This document shows positions 53,158-64,000 of a stretch of DNA of 64,000 nt, piece after piece. The notes beneath the pieces were generated by a model. It was not told the origin of the DNA. It saw nothing but the letters and a program-made list of their open reading frames with translations, and did no database searches. The stretch is from Octopus vulgaris (taxonomy: Eukaryota): positions 12,276,001 through 12,340,000 of the forward strand of contig OX597834.1 in assembly GCA_951406725.2 (NCBI GenBank), read 5' to 3'. A program made the translations under genes and the position numbers. Every line of letters starts with the position of its first letter. Position 1 is the first letter of the stretch.

Positions 53158-53483
53158 CCTATTTCTTTACTACCCACAAGGGGATAAACACAGAGAGGAC
53201 AAACGGATTAAGTCGAATATATAGACCCAGTGCGTAACTTGTACTTATTTAATCGACCCCGAAAGGATGAAAGCCAAAGTCGACCTCGGCAGAATTTGAA
53301 CTCAGAACGTAACAGCAGACGCAATACGGCTGCGCATTTCGCCTGGCGTGCTAACGATTTATCGACCCCGACAAGAAGAAAGGCAAAGTCGACCTCGGCA
53401 GAATTTGAACTCAGAACGTAACGGCAGACGCAATACGGCTACGCATTTCGCCTGGCGTGCTAGCGATTCTGCCAGCTCGCCGC
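53158..53483 (-). mobile_element. SINE family B with internal duplication of the head/centre
   Basis: About 110 bp repeated (53253-53358 and 53361-53470). Confidence 0.85.
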
Positions 53484-53513
53484 ATACTTTACTTATCCCC
53501 GTCTGTTTAGCCA

Positions 53514-53950
53514 CAGGCACAGCTATACGCTAAGCAATTTGCTTCTCAACAAAATAGTGTCGGGTTCAGTTCCACTGTGTTGCACTATGCGCAGCTGCTT
53601 TCTGCTATAGCCTCGGACCAATCAAGCTCTTTTTAGTAAATGAGTGGATTAAAAAATGAAAGCTGAAAGAATCCACACACATAAACACACACACGCACAT
53701 ATATATATATTAATATAAATGGTGGAGGCGGGTATGTATACTCGTTTTTATATCTGCGTTTTTTCCCACCATCTTTGCTTGATAACTAGTGTTCGCATGT
53801 TTACATCCCAGTAACCAAGCAGATCGTCACAAGACACCGATAGAATAAGTAGCAGCCTTTAAAAACAGCAATTTGATTCATTCTTTCGACTAAAGCATTT
53901 CAAGGCGGTGCTCCAACACAACACAGTATAATGACTGAGAAAAATAAACT
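53514..53950 (+). mobile_element. SINE family A, strongly diverged
   Basis: GGGTTCAGTTCCACTG, CTATAGCCTCGG, CCGATAGAATAAGTA, AAGGCGGTGCTCCA...ATGACTGA. Confidence 0.7.
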
Positions 53951-54815
53951 ATAAAATATCATGTATGGCTTCTTTTTGTTCCTCTACGTAAGTTTTCCAT
54001 ACTAATTTCATACTTGCCATTCCCAAATATATTTACAATTCATATTAGCCGGTGAATACTTAAAAACTAACATTAAATTCCACAATATTACTATGTTCAG
54101 GCGTTGTTTCAACCAAATATTTGCATTTTCGATATAAAGCAAAACAAAAATTTTAATGTATAATTGATTATTTGAGTCGTGTAGAAAAGCTCTACGACCC
54201 AAATTAGGGAAACGTCATTGAAAAACATGATATTTAAATGGTGATTTTAAATTTTTGGCACAAGGCCAGCAATTTTAAGGGAGTGGGTAAGTCTATTACA
54301 AGGATCACCGAGTATAAAGGGGACTTCTTTTTATTGGTCCACAATGGATGAAGGGCAAATTCGACCTCGACGTAGTTTGATCTTTAGTATGTTCTATAAA
54401 ACTGTGTCTCTTACGAAATCTGTAATTTTAGGCTGCAATTTTCCTTTGAAATTTAAGACTCCTATTCCATATTGGAATAAATTTTAATGAATGATTTTTT
54501 TCCAAGTTTCTTGGCATTTGCAGTCAACCTTTTACAGTTTTTACAGCACTCATTTAGATTGATTCACCAGTATCGGACCGACTCTCGTCATTTGGGATAA
54601 TGGTGACCATCTTAATTAAATCGACTTCATTCAATTCCTGTTCCACAAACAATGCTTTAATATCTCCGAAAACTGAATTACGAAGTAATTCAGATCTAAC
54701 AGAACGGGAAACATTAATCGTAGTCATTGTTAAGACGCTTTCTTATTTTAGCATCGTTGCCAGATAGAACTAATCCAGAGAAAACAGTCTTCAAACCTGC
54801 ACTTATGAAATGGCG

Positions 54816-55206
54816 TACTCTTTTTATTCTTTTACTTGTTTCAGTCATGTGACTAAAGCCATGCTGGAGCACCGCCTTTAGTCAACAAATCGATCCCTGG
54901 ACTTATTCTTTGTAAGCCTAGTACTTATTCTATCGGTCTTTTTGCCGAACTGCTAAGTTACTGGGACATAAATACAACAGCATCGGTTGTCAAGCAATGT
55001 TCGGAGGCGGGAGACAAACACAGACACATAAACATATATACGACCGGCTTCTTTCAGTTTCCGTCTACCATATCTGCTCACAAGGCTTTGGTCGGCCCGG
55101 GGCTATAGTAGAAGATACTTGCCCAAGGTGCTACGCAGTGGGGCTGAACCCGGAACCATGTGGTTCGTAATCAAGCTACTTACCACACAGCCACACCCGC
55201 ACGCCT
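54816..55206 (-). mobile_element. SINE family A
   Basis: Full-length match. Confidence 0.9.
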
Positions 55207-55568
55207 GTTGTGTGCAAACAAGTTGTTGAAGATACTCAAATTTTAGTGAAGCTGAGTTATTATATTTGCATCTTATAAATGTTCAAACGCTAGTTTCAAT
55301 TGCATTAACCTGATTTTCAATTTCTAGGGTGACTTTTCTATTTTGATATTGCTTTTTACGGTAAGTACGATTTTATGCCAATCATTTATCGTAGCATTGA
55401 GATGTAAGTAAATGAGAGGAAAATGAAAAACTACAAAGATTTAAACAAAGAATTGTGCATATAAAAAAATATAACTAATTTGAGGGAAAAATATAAGATT
55501 TTGAATAAAACGTGTGAAGAGTTTCCCGTAAAAATCACGGTGCAACCGATTGTATACATACATACATT

Positions 55569-55618
<50 letters not shown>

Positions 55619-56594
55619 TTTTTTATAATTTTGAGTATAATTATAATCAGGGTTCAGCAAAAAAATTTGCTTTCGCCACATACCTAACTTTAGAAATAGC
55701 AGCCAAAGGACTTAGCTATTTCTTCTACTATAAGAAGAAACTCCCAGAAAACCTATACTCTAAACAATTCACGTATGCATAGAGGAAAAAACAACGAAAA
55801 GTTCATTACCTGTGGATGCGTTATATATATATATATATATATAAGTTTATCTCACTCTATATATATATATATATATATATATACATACATAGAGAGAGAG
55901 AGAGGGGAGTAGGAGGATAGATAGATAGATATTTAAAATTAACTCTACAAATTTTCTGTAAAGTTCAGAGCCAGTGGCACTTGAAAGTTGTGATGTTTCA
56001 TATACGTATATGTCTATGTAAAGAATGTAATCGAAGAATAAGTAATAGGAGTATATGCATATTTCAAGAGTTAGTGTACTTTCATCAGCACCCATTTCCA
56101 TCCTATTAACTATCCATGAAAGCATTGTTTAAATACCCATTAAGTTTAAGCGGTAAAAAACAATGGGATAGGCCAATTCATATATTAAACACATTCCTGG
56201 CAACTGGTACGTAAATATTAATTGCTAGCGAAAACAGTATTTTGTTTTGCTACCATAATATACTACGATGTATAATAAAAAATTTACGACTCAATGTTCT
56301 GCCTTACGTTTGTGTTAAGAGTTCGTCGTTTTCATTTTCATGTATTTCTCCTGAGAAATTCTATAGAGTTGAGAGACGCACTGCTAAGGAAATTAAGACA
56401 CAATATTGACTTGTAAAGCATTAATATACTTAGTAGTATATTATGATTGGATATATGTATAGGTGAGGAAATTATGTCGATATTTGGTCGACAGCTGACG
56501 AGGGGCTGAGGATTTCTGCGTCCACTGTGTTTCTGTTCTACCTATAATTTCATTTATCATCCTTCCATCCCATATATTATTGTAAAGCTGTGTC

Positions 56595-56730
56595 TACGAG
56601 AGAGTACTGAAACGTTCCTGGCTTTGTGTAAAAGAAAATACAGTAAGATAAGTTACTTATGATTTTATTCAACATACTCTCTTATCCGATTCACGCACAT
56701 ATTGTGGCGGTCCTTCATTTTCTTTCAGTT
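56595..56730 (-). mobile_element. Mariner 3' end (transposase C-terminus plus TIR)
   Basis: TA|CGAGAGAGTACTGAAACGTTCCTGGC TIR-like end; minus translation LKKMKDRHNMCVNRIREYVE* resembles the mariner terminus R..KC....G.YVE*. Confidence 0.65.
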
Positions 56731-56826
56731 CTCTCAAATGACTCGTAAAGTTTGGGTCTCAAACCAGGTTTTTCGCGATACCCTAAAAGCTAGGAACTGT
56801 TCAGAACCTTCTCGACAACAACAGCA

Positions 56827-57200
56827 GTAGAAGCGCAATGGCCCAGTGGTTAGGGCAGCGGACTCGCGGTCGGAGGATCGCGGTTTCGATTCCCAGACTG
56901 GGCGTTGTGTGTGTTTATTGAGCGAAAACACCTACAGATCCACGAGGCTCCGGCAGGGGGTGGTGGCGACTCCTGCTCTACTTTTTCGTTCCAAATTTCT
57001 CTCAGCCTTTCTTCCTGTTTCTTGTCCCCGACTTCCTACGTAACCGCTGAGCCTGGATGCGCATTCATCCATCCGTCCGTCGATGCTTTCGGTGTCGGTG
57101 TTGACCAGCTTTCTCTTCTGCGGGTCTTACGATTAGCTAAGGACCACGTTTCGGACTTCTCCTACAGAGACGAAGACCGCCTCGCTCAACAAACAAACAA
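56827..57200 (+). mobile_element. SINE with family C head and a different 3' module, 12-bp TSD
   Basis: Near identical to family C up to CTTCCTGTTTCT (~57022), then ~180 unrelated bp ending in (AAAC)n; TSD ACAACAACAGCA at 56815-56826 and 57201-57212. Confidence 0.85.
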
Positions 57201-57400
57201 ACAACAACAGCAAAGATGATGTTTTAATATACTATGGCTTCCGATACTGTCACATAACGAACAATTTTTGCAGAAGTGTTTAAGAATTTGCTTGGACCTA
57301 AGTACATGACTGATATATTATTTTCATCATAAAAGTTATTGAAACCAAATTTGGCCTGAATTGGAACTGGAGTCAGAACTTAAAGAGCCAGAATAGATAA

Positions 57401-57795
57401 TAATATATATAAAAGTCAAGTGGTGTGTCTGTCTCCTACGATTTAGATTCCTAACTACTCCCACATTTTGCGGTGCAGTTTAACCAAAACCGGGTATATT
57501 ATAGTCGTGATTCATATCGAGCCCTTCTGGGTATTAGCGCGCGTCTACGATGAGTCTACGATTTAAAAAAAAACTTACCTTAATTATTTTCCATTTTAAT
57601 GCATTTTTTCGCTATTATATAAGGGAAGTAACTCTAAAAATGTCTACGATGAGTGAACGATTTAAAAAAAAAATTACCATCATTTTTTTCATTTTTAATG
57701 CAATTTTTTTTGCTATCTTTTTGCTATAACTCTCTAAAAATGCTTATATAGTTATTTCCCTTACAAATCCGTGCAACGCCGGGCGATACTGCTAG
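57401..57795 (+). mobile_element. Non-autonomous Helitron sharing its 3' end with 10916-11295
   Basis: Ends GCAACGCCGGGCGATACTGCTAG|T; the last ~125 bp match the 11-kb element; internal ~100-bp tandem duplication. Confidence 0.8.
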
Positions 57796-57949
57796 TATAA
57801 TATAATTCAAGATGGTTCTTTTTTTTTCCGCTGATCTAACAATGTTCACTCTAGTAAATATTGTTTGTAGTTTTGGAACAAGGCCAGAAAATTTGTATTC
57901 ATTTAACAGTCAACACAATTGATTCCGTGCTTGAATTTTAATCAATACT

Positions 57950-58251
57950 GAAGGCACGTGGCTTAGAGTATCAGGTACTCGGTTCACGATCGTAAAGTCG
58001 TAAGTTCAATTCGTGGCGATGCGTTGTGTCTGGGAGAAAAGCACTTTCTTTAACGTTGCTCCTGTCCACTCAGATTGGAAAAATCATTTGTACCTGTAAT
58101 TCAATGGGCCAGCCTTATCACATTCTGTGTCACAGTGTACCTCTGAGAATTACGTTAATAGTGCGCATGTCAGTGGAGTGCTCAGTCAGTTGCAGGCTGT
58201 TCTGTTGCTCGGATCAACTGGAATAATCCCCGTCGTTACTGACGGAGTACC
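57950..58251 (+). mobile_element. SINE with family D head/CORE and family C 3' module
   Basis: GGCACGTGGCTTAG...GCGTTGTGT...CACTTT..ACGTTGCTCC.GTCCA as at 17604, then TGTACCTGTA.TTCAA.GGGCC.GCCTT...GGAGTGCTCAG...CGGATCAAC...GACGGAGT as in family C. Confidence 0.7.
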
Positions 58252-58752
58252 GGGAGATCAATATCATCCACATCTAGAGGAGGAAAGGCATAGTTAATCT
58301 TTGAAATATTTCAACTTATAACAAGAAGTTATCTCACGGAATTTCTTTCCGAAGCTCTGACTATTCGTCCTATTGACCAAAACCTAGAATGCGGATGTCT
58401 AAAAGTTGAAATTGTAGTGAAGCTGTTAGAAAACAAATTTTTATGTTTAATTCGAAGTGTCTGGCAAGAAGCGTAAATGTTTGGTCGAGGTTATTGGATA
58501 TCGAGGTGAATTACCTCTCTCAGCAGAAATCTCGTTTACTAAGCTGAACAAGGACAATGGAAACGGTGCAAAGTACGTGTGACTGTAGGGGGAAGAGTTT
58601 GATATCTACCAAACCGATGCTGTGTACGATAATAATAAAAGTAATAATAATAATGATAAGAAGAAAAAAAAAAAAATAATAATAATAAGTAATAATAATA
58701 ATAATAATAATAATAAGTAATAATAATAATAAGAGTAATAATAATAAAAGTA

Positions 58753-58799
<47 letters not shown>

Positions 58800-59399
58800 G
58801 ACAACAGCAAGAACTGTTACAACACAAAAATAGTAATAAGGCAATATCTGATAAACATCTCTATCACTGCATATCATAACATCGTCTGGAGGGAAATTGA
58901 ACAGTTATAAACTTATAAAATGGCTTCGCAATGGAAATAATCAAGATATAAAAATGTTGCCAATACTAAAAACCAAAAAATGGATAAATAAAGATAATAA
59001 ATAAAATAATAATAGAAGCAAAAACGCGGAGAGATCACAAAAAAAAAAAAAATATATTACACCATGTTTTGCAAATTTGCACACAATAAAAAACATCTTC
59101 TCCTTACTGGTCACATAATACTTTATACACAAGACATTTTCACTACAATAACATGGCTTCCATATTACGTATTGTACAGAATCATATAATAATGCAATAA
59201 GAGCGTCTAGTTCAGATCGTGAATAGGAAAAGTCAAACAATAAAATACCATATAGCTAATACTCAGAGTTTTCTCTTCCAGATCCGTTCTGCTTGGATGA
59301 ATAATTGCAAATGAATAAGTTATAACAGAAGGAGGTTTTTTTGCAGTTTTCATACCTATATCTTCTATTTTTTTCTCTTCTAGTTTCCAGCATCTATCT

Positions 59400-60023
59400 T
59401 CTAACTGTTTTAGTTATATGGCTGCGGTCATGCTGGGGCATTGCGTTGAAGTGTTTCAGTTGAAAATTCGATATTTATTTAGAAGTAATATTTACAAGCT
59501 AGATGCTTATTCTAGCGTGCACTTTTTGACGGATGGCTAGGTTATTGGGATATAAATACACTACCACAGGTTGTCAAGCGGTGGCGAGGGACAGACTCAG
59601 ATGTAAAAGACACACGAGTACACACACACACACACACACAAACATACACACACAATGATCTTATGCCAAGTGGGCTGTGCATGAAAACTGTGCTGGTGAA
59701 CCAGACAGGTTAAAAAACAATGATTCTCGGCACAAGAAACTAATAGTATCACATTAAGATATATATTACGCGTATTAAATAACACCCACATTTATGTGTG
59801 TATGAGTGTGTGTGTATATATATATATATATTTAAATATATATACATATATGTATAAATATATATGTATATATATATATATAAGTGTTTAAATATATATA
59901 AATATAAATAAAATTGTTTCTTTCGTTGGTGGCGCTTTCAACTCATTTGATTACGTATTTCATGTTGTTTACTGTTTGTTACTTCCTGTACCCATATATG
60001 CATATAAATATATATATATTATG

Positions 60024-60067
<44 letters not shown>

Positions 60068-60083
60068 TACATGTGTGTGTGTG

Positions 60084-60128
<45 letters not shown>

Positions 60129-60196
60129 TATGTGTGTATATATCTAAATATATATATATATATTAAGTCTATATATATATATACACACACACACAC

Positions 60197-60264
<68 letters not shown>

Positions 60265-60612
60265 GTTATAGGACGTCACAAACATTCAACAACATGAAAT
60301 ACGAAAACAAATGTGTTTAATACGTAAACAACGAGAGAAACAAATGAAAAACAGGAAAGTAACATAAAGAACGACCCTTCAACAGTTGCCTACCTACTCC
60401 TCATTTCGAGCATATATATATAAGTGAATGTCTATATGTGTGTATACGATGGGTTCCTTTAAGTATCATTCTACCAATCCAGTCACAAGGCTTTGGTGGG
60501 CCCGAGGCTGTAATTGAAGACAATTACCCAAGGTATCACGGACTATGATTGGACAGAGAACCATGTGGTTTCGAAACAAACTTCTTACCACACAGTCACG
60601 CGTGCTCCTACA
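59400..60612 (-). mobile_element. Diverged family A SINE split by microsatellites and an inverted pLTR pair
   Basis: 3' half at ~59400-59600, 5' half at ~60445-60612. Between them 59914-59990 and 60265-60345 are inverted copies of each other flanking (TA)n. Confidence 0.55.
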
Positions 60613-61204
60613 TATACAGATGTATTAAAGAGTTCTGTTAGTGTTACTATGATATGTCATAAATTAATTAATTTTTTTCCAGTCACTCGATTTTGGAAAT
60701 GCTGGGTGTTTTGCCTTGACAGATTTAATTGGATTAATGGACCCATGCATTTATTATTTAAGATTAGCTCTTATTTTAGGAGACATATTTGCAGAATCAC
60801 TATTTACTGTAACGGAACAAACCAAGACATGTCCTCGAGTGGTGGGGAGGACCAAACATAATAACATAAATGAAGAGATACATATATGCACCTATTTATG
60901 CGTATGTATGTATGTGTTTGTGTGTGTGCTTGTTGTTATATACACTCGTGATAAGGATTTGTGTTTCAAATTCGCTTCACAAAAAAATTGTTGGTTTTCG
61001 ATTATGTTAGAAGACATACAAGATGTCGTCCAATGCCATTGCTTTAGAAATTAGAGCCTTGCATGGCTTTGCCACCCAGCGTATAAAGCTCGATGAAGCC
61101 GCCAGACAAACTTCGACTGACGTAGTAACGATTTTCTTCGCTCGACGGTTTATCCCATAATAATAATAATTATTATTATTATTATTATAATGATAATAAT
61201 TATC

Positions 61205-61418
61205 GCTCCTACTATAGGCACAAGGCCTGGAATTTGTGGGGAGGTAGATAAGCAGTTAACACCGACCTCAGTACTTAACTGGTACCTAACTTATCGAAAC
61301 CGAAAAGATGAAAGACAAGGGTGACCCCGGCGGAATTTGAGCGGAGGACGTATAGACGGACAAAATGCCGTTAAGCATTCTGACCGTTGTGATAACGATT
61401 CTGCCTGATCGCTACCTT
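61205..61418 (-). mobile_element. SINE family B with tail 2
   Basis: Tail CAGGCCTTGTGCCTATAGTAG plus Meta-like centre. Confidence 0.75.
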
Positions 61419-61451
61419 TATCATAATAATAACAACCAGACAGTTGCTCTG

Positions 61452-61900
61452 CCCTGATGAAGTACCAGGCAGTGGCTTTCAATCTTAACTGATAGGAAAT
61501 GTTATTATGTATATTGTTTTGTTTTGGTATAAAAGATGTGTTACAGCAAATATTCTGCTCAATACCACAGATTTGCTTGTCAATTGTTTGACCATGACCA
61601 GTTGAGCATGTCCCTATGTGGTTGACGATATGTGCATCTCTGATGAAGAGCAGAAGTAATAGGGGAGCATCTTATTGGCTTGGATAACTAACCTCTTGAA
61701 ACATGGTTTTGTTGTTCAACATCTTTAAACAACATCTTTATACAACCCTTATTCAGGGCCCTTTGGAGCGGATGTGCAACTCGTTTTAAATAAAATGCTA
61801 CATCAGACAGGTAGTCATCATCGGTATACTGCGCTTCGTATATTTTACTCCAATGATGCTTTGATTGCATGCACTGCTCTCTCACACAATAATAATAATA
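61452..61900 (+). mobile_element. Probable non-LTR retrotransposon 3' UTR
   Basis: GC-richer block ending abruptly in an (AAT)n tail. It resembles an octopus interspersed repeat as I recall it, but is single-copy in this window. Confidence 0.35.
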
Positions 61901-61910
61901 ATATTAATAA

Positions 61911-62137
61911 TTTATTGTCCACATGGGGCTAAACATAGAGGGGGCAAACAAGGACAGACAAACGGATTAAGTCGATTACATCAACCCCAGTGCGTGACTG
62001 GTACTTAATTTATCGACCCCGAAAGGATGAAAGGCGAAGTGGACCTCGGCGGATTTTGAACTCAGAACGTAACGGCAGACGAAATGCCGCTAAGCATTTC
62101 GCCTGGCGTGCTAACGATTTTGCCAGCTCACCGCCTT
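61911..62137 (-). mobile_element. SINE family B monomer
   Basis: Full match, tail 1. Confidence 0.9.
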
Positions 62138-62171
<34 letters not shown>

Positions 62172-63132
62172 GCAACAACAACAGATATAACAGCAATTTC
62201 TGAACTTCTGCGTATTTGAGAAATAATTATTAATATTGCTATAAACGGTGGGGTGTCGGTTCGTTTTGGCGACGAGCATTTAGTTTGTACGATGAAATGA
62301 ACATCTACTTATGATATTAACGTTTACCTATTTAGTTATTCTACAGACAATTGTAACATTAGTGCAACTCTCAGGTCGATTCAACGTGAGATGCTATATG
62401 TTAATGACAGGACGTAAAATTACGAGCACTAAGCAGAGAGATACAGAGAAAGAGCGAGACAGATAATGAAAGTGAAAGTAGAGTTATGTCGACCGCAGTA
62501 CTGGACTGGTATTTTATTTATTGATCGCTAAACGATAAAAGGCAAAGGTGACCCTGACGAGAGCAGGATACCAGAACCAATAACGCAAGACATATTTATC
62601 ACACGCTTCAACGAATCTACCATTTCATCGCCTCCGTTCTAATTTATGCTGCTGCAGCTATGACTTATTTCACAGTTGTTGCTGTTACTGATATCAATCA
62701 TACTACTACTACTACTACTACTACTATGGCTGCTACGGCTACTACTACTAATGGGGTTGCTTCTATTAATACTCTAAGATGACAAAGTAAAGTGACTACT
62801 ACTACAGTTAATATAGCTACTGCTGCTGTTAATGCCGATTTTGCTACTACTACAACTGTTGCTTTTGATCCTGCTGCACAGCCGCTGCATTTGATGCAGC
62901 TGTTACTGGTTAGTTAGTGTACTACTATTAAATAATAATCAACAACAAACTGTTAATATGCATTAGAGAATGTGCAGCAAATTCTCATAACTCACAAGTG
63001 TTACGAAATAAACGCAACTTTCTTTAGAGAGTTGGTACTTGTTAAGTCAAGCACAGAACGTACCTCACAAAAACTGTGGGATGAAAACGAAAGATAGAAT
63101 GAAATAAAAAAAATTTAGAGGTGAATTTGCAA

Positions 63133-63175
<43 letters not shown>

Positions 63176-63204
63176 TACACACACATATATGTATGCATCT
63201 ATAT

Positions 63205-63598
63205 ATAGGAGTGGCTGTGTGGTAAGTAGCCTGCTTACAAACCACATGGTACCGGGTTCAGTCACACTGCGTGGCACCTTGAGTAAGTGTCTTCTACCAT
63301 AGCCTCGGGCCGACTAAAGCATTGAGTGGATTTGGTAGATGGAAACTGAAAGAAGCCCTTCGTATTTATGTATATATATATATGTGTGTGTGTGTTTGTG
63401 CGTTTGTCCCCAACATCGCTTGACAACAGATGCTGGTGTGCTTGCGTCCCCGTAACGTAGCGGTTCGGCAAAAGTGACCGATAGAAAAAGTACTAGGCTT
63501 ACAAAGAATACGTCGTGGGCTCGATTTGATCGACTAAAGGCGATGCTCAAGCATGGCCACAGTCAAATGACTGAAACAAGAAAAAGAGTAGAAGAGTA
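63205..63598 (+). mobile_element. SINE family A
   Basis: Full-length match. Confidence 0.9.
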
Positions 63599-63604
63599 TA
63601 TATA

Positions 63605-63945
63605 GTAGTGACTATGTGGTAAGTTGCTTGTTTACCAACCACATGGTTCAGGGTTCAGTCCCACTGTGCAGTACCTTGGGCAAGTGTCTTTTACTATAGC
63701 CTCGGGCCGACCAGAACATTGAATAGATTTTGTTGACGGAAACTGAAAGAAGCCCATCGTATATGTGTGCGTGTGTTTTTTTCCCACAACGTCGCTTGAC
63801 ACCATCGATGCTGGTGTGTTTACGTCCCTGCAAATTACTGGTTCGGCAAAAGACACCGATAGAATATGCCCTGGGTCCGATTTGCTCGACTAAAGGCGGT
63901 GATCCACCGTGGCCGCAGTAAACTGAGTGGAATAAGTAAAAACAA
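63605..63945 (+). mobile_element. SINE family A, directly tandem to the previous copy
   Basis: Head to tail, more diverged. Confidence 0.85.
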
Positions 63946-64000
63946 TAACAGAAAAAAAAAATATATATATATATATACATACACACATATATATATATGT

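Noticed and set aside
56494-56530. CTGACGA hammerhead half-core
   Set aside because: There is no downstream GAAA-NUH to complete the fold.

Overview
AT-rich, microsatellite-dense eukaryotic DNA. The repeat families (tRNA-headed CORE- and Meta-domain SINEs, Penelope-type repeats, a mollusc-type 5S sequence) point to an octopod cephalopod, probably Octopus; this is inferred from recalled repeat sequences, not from a database search. Almost all ORFs in the supplied track are microsatellite or SINE artefacts. The one host coding exon I can support is missing from that track: 37314-37416 on the minus strand, MMTPRHDTILAVTYLLLGLTFIQYARC-IPELVRIG, ending in a phase-1 GTAAGT donor. This is the typical signal-peptide first exon of a kainate/AMPA-type ionotropic glutamate receptor. 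No second exon was found, so 1-37313 is probably intron 1. Upstream is a ~10 kb SINE-free zone holding an unexplained single-exon 530-codon ORF on the same strand (41630-43222). The rest is transposable-element sequence: SINEs with shuffled heads and tails (including a 5S rRNA head on a SINE tail), multimeric SINEs, CR1 and Penelope fragments, mariner remnants, MITEs and three non-autonomous Helitrons. About a dozen hammerhead-ribozyme motifs sit in Penelope-type repeats, four of them clustered at 47.5-48.4 kb, some with unusually long or branched stem II.
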